From: a virus
Reading direction: 5' to 3' (one strand)
Virus record (IMG/VR): IMGVR_UViG_3300006094_000039
Span: 5,230 to 69,229 of that record
Length of the DNA stretch: 64,000 nt
The translations under genes were made by a program, and so were the position numbers. This document shows, in pieces, positions 27,635 through 36,279 of the stretch; the first letter of the stretch is position 1, and each line of letters starts with the position of its first letter. Below the pieces are notes generated by a model. It saw only the letters and a list, made by a program, of their open reading frames with translations. It searched no databases and was not told the origin of the DNA.

Positions 27635-28351
27635 ATGAAGGTTATAGGAAGAGACTGCATTAGAGGCAAAGGCTTTCTGCAATCCATTTTAGCTCAAAAT
27701 ACCGATGCCCTGAGGCTAGACATAAAACAGGTGTCCCGAGGCTGCTTAGTAGTGCTGGAGGGCATCGATGGCACAGGGAAGACCACTCTGGCCCAGGCCT
27801 TAGGAGAGAAGCTCTCTCGTGAGCTGGGAGAGATGGTCATCGTCACTCAGGAGCCCACAGAGCGATTCGAGGGCTTTAACGAGCTGGAGAACCTGATCTC
27901 TGACTGGCCTACAGGGAACATCAATCCAGCAGCAATCAACTCCCTGAAATTCACCCTGGACCATGCCATCCACCTGACGGATGTCATTCTTCCAGCCCTG
28001 GCAGATGACAGGGTGGTGATATGCGATAGATGGACACCTTTCAGCTCCAGGGCTTACCAGGGACCTCTGGCCAGCGTACTGACCCAAAAATGGGACATCT
28101 ATCCTGACATCAGTATTCTCCTGACCATGGACCCTGTGCTGGCTTTAGAAAGGCTGGGGAATAGGCCAGAGGGCCAGCTGAAATGCTTCGAGAAGCTGGA
28201 TACCCTGAGAAAGGCCCAGGAGATCTATATGGAGCTAGCTTCTGCAGAGCCCCTGAGATGGTGGTATTTTGATGCTCTTCTCCCTCAGGAGGCCCTGCTG
28301 GATAAGACTCTCAAAGTGATTATGAGCACTATTATTAGTAGGAGAGGATAA
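27635..28351 (+). CDS. tmk: Thymidylate kinase
   Basis: LEGIDGTGKTT P-loop, TQEP, VICDRW, PDISILL. Confidence 0.9.
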   Translation: MKVIGRDCIRGKGFLQSILAQNTDALRLDIKQVSRGCLVVLEGIDGTGKTTLAQALGEKLSRELGEMVIVTQEPTERFEGFNELENLISDWPTGNINPAAINSLKFTLDHAIHLTDVILPALADDRVVICDRWTPFSSRAYQGPLASVLTQKWDIYPDISILLTMDPVLALERLGNRPEGQLKCFEKLDTLRKAQEIYMELASAEPLRWWYFDALLPQEALLDKTLKVIMSTIISRRG

Positions 28352-28353
28352 TT

Positions 28354-28623
28354 ATGGAAGTTATAGTCTGGGGCACAGATACCTGCCCAAAATGTAAGCA
28401 GCTGGAAGCAAATCTGAGGGATCTGGGCTGCGAAGTGGAGCATGCAGATGCTGCCTCTGCTAACGGCTTCATCTATCTCAGCAAAAAGAAATGCAGGCCT
28501 ACGAAGGTGCCCATTCTGGAAGCTGAGGGGAAGCTCTTCAGGTATGATCAGCTCTTCAATGAAAAGGGAGCCCTGAAGCTGGAGGACATAAAGAAGATTA
28601 TTGGTGGTCAGGAGCCAAACTAA
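28354..28623 (+). CDS. nrdH: Glutaredoxin/NrdH-like redoxin
   Basis: CPKC active site and KVPIL cis-Pro motif; 89 aa. Confidence 0.75.
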   Translation: MEVIVWGTDTCPKCKQLEANLRDLGCEVEHADAASANGFIYLSKKKCRPTKVPILEAEGKLFRYDQLFNEKGALKLEDIKKIIGGQEPN

Positions 28624-28857
28624 TAGGGGGAGTCATCCAATTAGAAGAAAGATAAGTCCATATTTTTTGGTTTTTAATGATTTTCCTTTACACACAATGA
28701 AACCCGCATCATGTCTACTATAAGCTTCAACTAGTTGCCCCTTCCTCGATAAAAATCAGGTATCTCGGATATCAGCTTCATGCCGAAATTGACTTGCACC
28801 AATACCGATAAATAGCCTCAAAGCATGATCGATCTTCCGAATTCATCTTAAACTGCT

Positions 28858-29718
28858 ATGATACATCCATCCAGGGATACCACAATACAGGTGTTGCGAC
28901 TTTGGGTCATAGTAGTCTTGCTGATGGTAACACTAGTTGCGATTTCACCATCCACTCTAGCTATCAATAATTCTACGAACACTACAATTAATTCTCCGGC
29001 ATGTGCTAATTGTGCTACCGAAAATGCTCTTGAAGAACTCAGCTTATCATCTATAGCTGCTGTCTTTGCAGCGGGTCTTTTGGCGGGCTTCAATCCCTGT
29101 ATTCTGGCCATACTAGCGTTTCTGGCAAGCTCGATGTTAGCAAGTACAGGCCGAAGAATGGATATCCTGGCAATGGTTGCCACCTTTTCCCTGGGCATGT
29201 TCACCGTTTACATCATTTTTGGAGTAGGCCTATTCAGCGTTCTACAAGATAAATCCACTATCGCCATGTTCCGCACTATTCTGGCAGCGGTACTACTAAT
29301 TTTAGGGCTAATGCAGCTGGAAGATGCCAGGAGGCTGCATATGGGTGGCACATCCATCTTCCGCACGGACTGGACCAAGAAGTATATCCATGGTGTAGTT
29401 GCTAGCCGGAGGCTTACCTCATATTTCCTTTTGGGAGCCCTTTTCTCTCTGGTAAGGGCTCCATGTGTGGGAGGGATCTATATCGCTATTATTGGCATGA
29501 TCTCCAGCAGAGGATATGCTTCATCAGGCCTATATTATCTGGTGATTTACACCTTAGGTATAGCGCTTCCCGTGCTGGTCATTGGAGGGGTCATTGCACT
29601 GGGTATGAGCCCAGATCAAGTGGATCAATTCAGGAACAAACATAGAGTCGCCATTAGATTACTAACGGGATTCACGTTAATTGCCATGGCTCCACTTATC
29701 TATTGGCAAATGGTTTGA
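28858..29718 (+). CDS. ccdA: CcdA/DsbD-family transmembrane disulfide transporter
   Basis: Multiple TM helices with GFNPCIL and RAPCVGGIY; composition differs from the viral core. Confidence 0.8.
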   Translation: MIHPSRDTTIQVLRLWVIVVLLMVTLVAISPSTLAINNSTNTTINSPACANCATENALEELSLSSIAAVFAAGLLAGFNPCILAILAFLASSMLASTGRRMDILAMVATFSLGMFTVYIIFGVGLFSVLQDKSTIAMFRTILAAVLLILGLMQLEDARRLHMGGTSIFRTDWTKKYIHGVVASRRLTSYFLLGALFSLVRAPCVGGIYIAIIGMISSRGYASSGLYYLVIYTLGIALPVLVIGGVIALGMSPDQVDQFRNKHRVAIRLLTGFTLIAMAPLIYWQMV

Positions 29719-29785
29719 TCTAAAAATAGGGTCAAAATTCATGTTTCGTGTATTTGATTTGTTGAAAAGAGAGATGAGGGCGAAA

Positions 29786-30313
29786 TCAAATCATGCCCTC
29801 TTTAACCTCATAATCTCCCTTTGCTCTGAGGAGCCTAGTACCTTCTTTTCTTATCTCATCAACAGAGAGCCCATTTATTCCAGTCTTAAACCGCTCATAA
29901 ACCCACTTGAAGGGCAGCAGATATGCCTCTCTCTTCTTCCCTGTACCATTTCTTAGCTCCACAGCCAGGAGGCCCTTCCTGCCCGTTTCCTGGAGGAACT
30001 TAGAGATCCTTTCCAGCTGGTGGATTCCTCCAGCCTGGCTGAAGTAGGTAGCCCAGTATAATTTCTTATACTTCACAGCGTTGATGGACTTACATTCGAT
30101 TCCCAGATAATACCTGGACTCTGCAGAGTCCACTAAAATATCCAGAAATTGGCTCTGGTATCTGGATTGTCTAAGTCTATATGCCTTGCCAGTCTTGCCC
30201 TTCCTTAAAAATGCATTAAGGGCCAGGACCATATCTCCCTCAAAGGAGTTTTTAGTTGATTTCAAGCTATAGCCTCCCTCAGATTTGCCAGGCTCAGCCC
30301 AGCCTGGACGCAT
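29786..30313 (-). CDS. Holliday-junction resolvase-like PD-(D/E)XK nuclease (RecU/Hjc-like)
   Basis: FEGD, LDILV, GIECKSI, HQL; likely start near MKSTKNSFE. Confidence 0.65.
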   Translation of the reverse strand: MRPGWAEPGKSEGGYSLKSTKNSFEGDMVLALNAFLRKGKTGKAYRLRQSRYQSQFLDILVDSAESRYYLGIECKSINAVKYKKLYWATYFSQAGGIHQLERISKFLQETGRKGLLAVELRNGTGKKREAYLLPFKWVYERFKTGINGLSVDEIRKEGTRLLRAKGDYEVKEGMI

Positions 30314-30978
30314 TGCGGAGGCAGCTCCTCCTCACCCAGGACCCTGGCCCAGAGCGGCCAGTCCCAGTCATAGACATGTGCTGAAGCTGAAAATATGCAA
30401 ATCTCTTTAGGTCTGGCGTATAGCCTGTCAGCCACCATCTCCAGAAGACCAAAAAGCCCGTAGACGTTAGCTGGATAAGCCCCTGCAAAATCATGGCTTC
30501 GGAAATAAACATCCAGGGTCAGATCAGAATGCCTGAGGATAAACTGGCAAACCATCATGCATGGGACTTCCTCTCTTATGCAATCAAAAGTGGGAAGCCA
30601 TGTGCTGGCCACAGCCCTCCTGCTGGATGGGCTGTCTCTCAGCTGCTTAATGGCATAATCAATTTGGTTTATGGGCTTGCCAGTCTCATGGCCCCATGCC
30701 TGGGTCCTGTTTCCATAGGTGTAAACGAATCCACTGTTAAGGCATGGATGACATAGCTGATCCCTGTAATCCCTCAGGGCTCTTTCTTTATGAGGATAAA
30801 GTTTAGGTATTGTGATTTTTCCATAGGGGATCACAGTCATAAGGCTCAGGATCTCAATTGTGTCTGAGCCCCTTTGATCTCCAAGAAACTCTCCATGATT
30901 CCATATTAGCCTCAGACCCTCCTCCCAGGCCTGGGGCAGACTTTGACCTTTTACCAAATACCCTGTCATGGCCCCCAA
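30262..30978 (-). CDS. thyA: Thymidylate synthase, archaeal type
   Basis: YTYGNR, SRRAVASTW, VPCM, FRSHD, YPAN, SAHVY. Confidence 0.92.
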   Translation of the reverse strand: MGAMTGYLVKGQSLPQAWEEGLRLIWNHGEFLGDQRGSDTIEILSLMTVIPYGKITIPKLYPHKERALRDYRDQLCHPCLNSGFVYTYGNRTQAWGHETGKPINQIDYAIKQLRDSPSSRRAVASTWLPTFDCIREEVPCMMVCQFILRHSDLTLDVYFRSHDFAGAYPANVYGLFGLLEMVADRLYARPKEICIFSASAHVYDWDWPLWARVLGEEELPPQCVQAGLSLANLREAIA

Positions 30979-30997
30979 TTATAGCTTAACATAGAAG

Positions 30998-31020
30998 CCA
31001 TAATTTCTATGGTATTTAAT
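30998..31020 (-). promoter_or_regulatory. TATA box plus operator upstream of thyA
   Basis: Minus strand ATTAAATA CCATAG AAA TTATGG. Confidence 0.7.
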
Positions 31021-31051
31021 ATTTGCTGTGGGAAAAAAAGGAAAACCAGCC

Positions 31052-31423
31052 TTACTTAAGTGGCTGGGTCTGGGCCTGCAGGTTCTTAAGTTCCTGCAGC
31101 TGGCTTTCCAGACTGGCCTGGACTGCCTGGTTATGGTTGCCCAGGTAGAACATGACTGCAGCAGAGGCAAAGCCTGCTATATAAGCAAAGATGGTCATGG
31201 CAATCTGGAGCCTGCCTTCAGGCACCATGAAGATGATGGCAAAGGCCAGGAGAATAGTGGCCAGCAGGATCTCCTCTGCCAGTGTGAATCTCTTAGAGAT
31301 CAGACTGACTATAGCCATGCCAAAGGACTTGGCTACAGTATCCTTATCACTTACAGGCCTGATTGGATCTTCAGAGATGGAATCATCATCTTGAATTAAA
31401 GGATCGTTAGTTTCATCAACCAT
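31052..31423 (-). CDS. Holin-like membrane protein (2 TM plus coiled coil)
   Basis: Two TM helices; last gene of the tail operon. Confidence 0.45.
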   Translation of the reverse strand: MVDETNDPLIQDDDSISEDPIRPVSDKDTVAKSFGMAIVSLISKRFTLAEEILLATILLAFAIIFMVPEGRLQIAMTIFAYIAGFASAAVMFYLGNHNQAVQASLESQLQELKNLQAQTQPLK

Positions 31424-31425
31424 AT

Positions 31426-32874
31426 TTAGTCCTCTATAACTTCTATAGTAATCACACCAGGGTCTATCCTCTCATCGTTATCCAGTAGGATTCTCTGTCC
31501 ATTAGAGTCACAGTTCTGGCTTTTGCCCTGGGCTTTCAGATATTTGATCTCCTGAATGCCAACGAAAGGCATACCAGTGGCGTGATCTATGAGGACAGCA
31601 GAGTAGAGATCTGAGTACTCAAACCTCTCTCCTATCTTGAATGAATCCAGGAAGTGCCTGATGGATTCCTTGATCTTGATTTCTAAATCTGCTTCAGGGG
31701 TGTCAGTGAAATAAATCAGGAGATAGACATCTATTGCCACCTTCTGAGGCATGTTATACAGGTAGGGATAACTGCCATGACCTATGAGGATATCAAACTC
31801 GCCGGGAGCCGGATTGATGCCTCCTGTAACTACCGTCACCAGATCATCCTCACTCTGCAGGGGCACCTCCATGACCTCTCCTTCCAGGAAGATCTGAGGC
31901 GTGGCAGCCACAGTGCTCCTGTCATTGTATAGCTGATTATGGTAATTGATAGTGATCTCATAGGAGTTGATAAGGTTTGACCTGGATCTCAGGAAGAGCT
32001 TCCCACCCCGAGAGGTACCCAGGTTTGCCTCTATATTTTCGCCATCGAAATGAGCAGCATAAAGCCCTCTGGCTACTGCTCCGACAGCTATTGTGTTTTC
32101 TATGCAGGCTTCTATCTCCTGGGGCATGGGACTCTGCTCTGCAGCATCCACTATGATCTCCACTTCACCTGGAGCCACAGGGAAGACCTGAGCTTCAGCC
32201 ACCAGGGTTTCCCCATCACCGTCTGTCAGAGAAGTGAGATGCCTTTCCAGCTGCTCCATAGTGGCTAGTCCGTTCAGGCTGGTGGCAGTTAGATATCTCA
32301 TCCTGAGAGAGTCATCATCTTCAGGGTCAGTGCCTCCAGCAAAAGGCAGAGGGTTTGTCACCCTCTCGATGCCAGCAGGAGGTCTGGGGATCACAGTAGT
32401 GGAAAAGGCATCCACATTCCCATTAATGCCAGCATTCTGAGCCCTGGCAGAAACCAGGATAGAGGTCTCTCCTATGGGAAGAGTAGCCTCAATAGTTGTC
32501 TCAAATACAACTACCTCAATGACCCCAGGAGCATATACCAATGTGCCTGCAGGGATGACGTACTCTCTAAGAGCTGGAGTGGCTCTGCTAAACTGAATTT
32601 GCCCTATGGCTCTGGAGCCAGGAAGTCTTCCTTCAGGAAGCCTGTCTTTGACCAGGTATTCAAGGGCTGACCCAGTAGCTCTGTAAATATCCCTATCTAT
32701 CTCTGACTGCTGCCCCTTAATCTCCAGCCCCTGGACCTGCTGGGCCATGGCCTCATTCATTGTAGTGAGGACTGAAGTCTCCTCATAGGCTCTCAGGGCA
32801 GAGTGTCTGGCCATTTGATAGGTCTTCATCTCTTCTTTAATCGTGCTAATGGGTCTTATTTCCTCAAAGGCCAT
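31426..32874 (-). CDS. Baseplate J-like wedge protein
   Basis: GQIQFSR, IPAGTLV, FETT, A...G..GNV, GGTDPEDDDSLRMR. Confidence 0.88.
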   Translation of the reverse strand: MAFEEIRPISTIKEEMKTYQMARHSALRAYEETSVLTTMNEAMAQQVQGLEIKGQQSEIDRDIYRATGSALEYLVKDRLPEGRLPGSRAIGQIQFSRATPALREYVIPAGTLVYAPGVIEVVVFETTIEATLPIGETSILVSARAQNAGINGNVDAFSTTVIPRPPAGIERVTNPLPFAGGTDPEDDDSLRMRYLTATSLNGLATMEQLERHLTSLTDGDGETLVAEAQVFPVAPGEVEIIVDAAEQSPMPQEIEACIENTIAVGAVARGLYAAHFDGENIEANLGTSRGGKLFLRSRSNLINSYEITINYHNQLYNDRSTVAATPQIFLEGEVMEVPLQSEDDLVTVVTGGINPAPGEFDILIGHGSYPYLYNMPQKVAIDVYLLIYFTDTPEADLEIKIKESIRHFLDSFKIGERFEYSDLYSAVLIDHATGMPFVGIQEIKYLKAQGKSQNCDSNGQRILLDNDERIDPGVITIEVIED

Positions 32875-32875
32875 T

Positions 32876-33334
32876 TTAGACCTCCTGGACAGGCTGTTTC
32901 AAATTTGCAGCCAGAGTAGATGATCTTAGCAATTCTTCCAAGTTAATGCCTATGCTATAAATCTTTCCAGCCATTAGAATTTTTATCATTACTTCGTTAT
33001 TATTCTGGCTGGGCACTTTTCTGGCCCTGACTATAACCCTGCCCTGCTTAGGGAATAGCTTCTTCAGGTCTTCCTGGATCGACTTTTCAGCCTCATTCAG
33101 AGTGTTTGCATTCAGTCTCTTATGGAGAATAGTAGTGAGAGCACAGCCTACAGTAGGGTCAGTTCTCTCACCTTTAGCTGTGAAAAGATAGAGCATGAAG
33201 GTTTGCAGGATTCTGGTATCATCATCAGGAGTGATGGCCAGGTCACCGTTAGGCGTGAGCACCAGGTCCACAGCTCTGTGGCAGATGGTTCTGCCAGCTC
33301 CAAAGTTCATGTTTGTCAGTAAATCTCCAGCCAC
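32876..33334 (-). CDS. Baseplate wedge protein (gp25/GpW-like)
   Basis: DL.L..NGDLA, LFTAKGE..DPTVG; position before baseplate J. Confidence 0.75.
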   Translation of the reverse strand: MAGDLLTNMNFGAGRTICHRAVDLVLTPNGDLAITPDDDTRILQTFMLYLFTAKGERTDPTVGCALTTILHKRLNANTLNEAEKSIQEDLKKLFPKQGRVIVRARKVPSQNNNEVMIKILMAGKIYSIGINLEELLRSSTLAANLKQPVQEV

Positions 33335-33339
33335 CTTAA

Positions 33340-34278
33340 TCAGCCTCCTGATTGCTTTTCAGTTTTGTCCAGCTCATCGAAACCGTAGGGATTAGGATTG
33401 ACCATAGTACAATGGCCGCCACCACAGGCACAGCCTTCAGTATTGAGATTATGAGAACCGTTCTGAGCTGCATGGACGGTTATTGTGCCATTGCCATTGA
33501 GGGAGATAAAACTCCCAGCTCTGTCTTTTATGACTATGCCGCCCTCATTCTCATTCCCCTGGAGACAAATGAAATTCCCAATGGAGTCCTCCAGCATTAT
33601 TGAGCCATCATCTTCCAGCTGGACCGTCTGACCCTTCTTCTGAGAGATCCTGATCCTGTTAGGATGCTGGGGATGAGTGGATGGATAGAGCTTCACAGAG
33701 TTAGAATGATTCTCGATATCCTCAAGGTCGGTGCATAGCTCACAGTCTGGATGAGCATGCCCCAGTGGACAGTCAGAGATCAGAATGAAGCTCCTATCCT
33801 TTCCATAATATTTCATGCAGACTGGGTGATCAGGGTTCTGGAATCTCTTCAGGTACTTGATTTTAGGGCATTTTGTAGACTCATATTCAGCACGAGGGGT
33901 CTGGCAGAATTTGATGACTTTATCATCAGGATGCTGCCTGCAGATGGGCTTTTGCTCCTGGTTAAAGTAGGGGCTGATAACATAAGCCTTCTCATTGCTT
34001 AAGAATATTACTTTCACCAAGTCTCCCACTGCTGGATTCCAGGTAAATCCAAACAAGTGCCCTACATAGCTGCAGAGCACTGGGACCCTGTATCTGATGA
34101 TCTCAGTGCATTCAGTTAAATTGGTGGAATCCCTCAGCCTGATGGTCACCGTGTTCTGCTTTTGGTCTTCAGGCTGAGAGTGGAGCTGGACATCCAGCAC
34201 CTCACAGGTCTCTATTCTCAGGATTAAGGAGAGGGCTTTCTTGAACTCGTTCCTGAGAGCTTCCTTCATAGTGACCAT
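33340..34278 (-). CDS. Baseplate central spike (GpV/gp138-like)
   Basis: N-terminal OB (PAVGDLVKVIF), beta-repeat C-terminus (LEDDGSIMLED), His/Cys-rich tip. Confidence 0.75.
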   Translation of the reverse strand: MVTMKEALRNEFKKALSLILRIETCEVLDVQLHSQPEDQKQNTVTIRLRDSTNLTECTEIIRYRVPVLCSYVGHLFGFTWNPAVGDLVKVIFLSNEKAYVISPYFNQEQKPICRQHPDDKVIKFCQTPRAEYESTKCPKIKYLKRFQNPDHPVCMKYYGKDRSFILISDCPLGHAHPDCELCTDLEDIENHSNSVKLYPSTHPQHPNRIRISQKKGQTVQLEDDGSIMLEDSIGNFICLQGNENEGGIVIKDRAGSFISLNGNGTITVHAAQNGSHNLNTEGCACGGGHCTMVNPNPYGFDELDKTEKQSGG

Positions 34279-34280
34279 AG

Positions 34281-35768
34281 TTACCCTCTAATAAAAGTGT
34301 TATTTCCGTCAACATCTCCAGGCGAGGCCCTTGTATCCCAGGGCTCCACCATCTTCATTCCTGCAGGAGGGACATCATCCTGGCCAAACCTGTATATGAG
34401 CCAGCTTCTGGAAGGAGCGTTAGGATCGAAAGCATCAGGATTCACATAGATCCAGGTGTTAGGCTCTTCAGGAATGCCTCTGGTTTTCAGCTCCTCTTTC
34501 ATCTGATCGTAAAGGTCTTGTTTGGCATAGAAGAAGCCATAACCCTCTTTAGTCCATCCATAAGGAGGCTGTCCATAGGTCTTCACCACAGGGCTAGCCT
34601 GCTTTATTTCTAACGTAGGGTTAGCCTGATTTGTGCTCTGAGTGTCCTCTTCAGACTGAGATGGAGGAGCACAGGTCTCCAGCTTCTGCCTCCAGCCTTT
34701 GCTGGAGAGGTCACATACTGCCCTTCTTACCAGGCCCTCTGTCTTCCCCTGCTTATCAGGAGGCACAGGGAAGATTTTGCCACATGCTTTGCCTTTGTAG
34801 TACCTCAGTCCAGTGGCATAGGTGACCTGATCCAGGGGTTGAATAATTGCGTTCACCAGCTCCAGGTCCTGGGTGGCGTTCATGTACTGGGCAAAGTTAG
34901 CCACCATGTTCTTAGCAATAGATAGAGCTTCAGCCTCTGTAGTAACATAGGGCAGATACAATGGAGGAGCTATGACCTTGGACTCTTCTCCAGATTCAAC
35001 AGCAGGAGAGACATAAGTGGCCATAACTGGAGCATGCCTATCCTGCTCAGAGGGATGATGACCAGGGTCATTCTCAGAAGAGCAAATGACCGTCTGGACA
35101 TTGTGATAGCCTATCTGGGTATAGCAGGCCACAGGGTTTGTAGAGATTGGTGTGATATCTTTGACAGTGGGAGTCCTGGGCTTAGCTGGATCGCTGAAAT
35201 GGAATCTGTCGTCATCATCGAAGTAATAGAAGCCTCCAGAGAAGTTGCAGCAGGCGTCCAGAGCATCCAGGAAGGTGATATCTCCTCCATTGGTCATCTG
35301 GTCCTTTTTAATGATAGTAGGGCTATCCCATATCTCAGCCACTTCTATCTTTTCCCAGTCTGCTGCTATTTTATTAAATTCGTCGATGATGAAGGTAACC
35401 CACTGTTTCACATCCCAGCCTTCATGGTTTAGCAGGCCGTTAGGCATATTTTTATTAAGGCTGGATATCTTGCAGGTGGCTACTATCTCTATTTGCCTGG
35501 GGCCGTCTTGGATGGTGTAAATATTGCCGGTGAACATCTTATATTCGTATTCTGTCTGATGGCTGCTGCAGCGCCTGACAATATTGGTGACCCTCATTTT
35601 CACGATATTTCCCCGCGTGAAAATGCCTGTTAATTTGCCGTAAGGGTTAGCTAATTTTATGGTAGCTCTATCAGCATCTTGGTTCTCTAAATTTTTATCC
35701 ATATGGCACGACATGAAAACCTTAGACCAATCCTGGCCCTTGATCTCCAGATAAGGCTTAATGGGCAT
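34281..35768 (-). CDS. Baseplate hub (GpD/gp27-like) with an extra C-terminal domain
   Basis: DRATIKL, FTGNI, DFLDAL...YYFDDDDRFHF; position in the module. Confidence 0.75.
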   Translation of the reverse strand: MPIKPYLEIKGQDWSKVFMSCHMDKNLENQDADRATIKLANPYGKLTGIFTRGNIVKMRVTNIVRRCSSHQTEYEYKMFTGNIYTIQDGPRQIEIVATCKISSLNKNMPNGLLNHEGWDVKQWVTFIIDEFNKIAADWEKIEVAEIWDSPTIIKKDQMTNGGDITFLDALDACCNFSGGFYYFDDDDRFHFSDPAKPRTPTVKDITPISTNPVACYTQIGYHNVQTVICSSENDPGHHPSEQDRHAPVMATYVSPAVESGEESKVIAPPLYLPYVTTEAEALSIAKNMVANFAQYMNATQDLELVNAIIQPLDQVTYATGLRYYKGKACGKIFPVPPDKQGKTEGLVRRAVCDLSSKGWRQKLETCAPPSQSEEDTQSTNQANPTLEIKQASPVVKTYGQPPYGWTKEGYGFFYAKQDLYDQMKEELKTRGIPEEPNTWIYVNPDAFDPNAPSRSWLIYRFGQDDVPPAGMKMVEPWDTRASPGDVDGNNTFIRG

Positions 35769-35774
35769 GGTCCC

Positions 35775-36278
35775 TCAGATCCCATTTTCATTACTTTCGA
35801 CAAACTCTAAAGACCACGCCCAGGTGTTATCAGACTCTCCCTCCACCTGCTGGCCGCTCCACTTTTTCAAGTACATGCAGATGGAGCCTGTGGGAATAGC
35901 AGCCTCTATGATATGGGGTCCATTGTGCTCTCCATCTTCATCTCCCAGATACCAGAGGAACTCCTTCTCATCTGCCGTGAAGGTCCTCAGGCTAATGCTG
36001 AGCCTCTTATTTTTCACTCCCATCCATTGAGTGATGTCCTGCTCATAGACCACCTCAGCCTCTTCTATTTTGAACTCCTTTGACCAGGACATCTGCTGAG
36101 GATTGACCCTGAACTCATGGCCATCAATAGTGACCTTCACTTCTTTGTTCTCTTCAGCCTCCAGGTAGTTCTGAGAGGGCATCATGCTCTGGCTCATAGA
36201 CTGAGCCAGGGCTCTCTGGACCTCACCGTTGAGATCCATGCCGTTAGCCACTGGGTCCACTGAAATTTCAACTACCAT
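35775..36278 (-). CDS. Tail tube initiator (GpU-like)
   Basis: FRVNPQQMSWS; immediately after the tape measure gene. Confidence 0.6.
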   Translation of the reverse strand: MVVEISVDPVANGMDLNGEVQRALAQSMSQSMMPSQNYLEAEENKEVKVTIDGHEFRVNPQQMSWSKEFKIEEAEVVYEQDITQWMGVKNKRLSISLRTFTADEKEFLWYLGDEDGEHNGPHIIEAAIPTGSICMYLKKWSGQQVEGESDNTWAWSLEFVESNENGI

Positions 36279-36279
36279 T

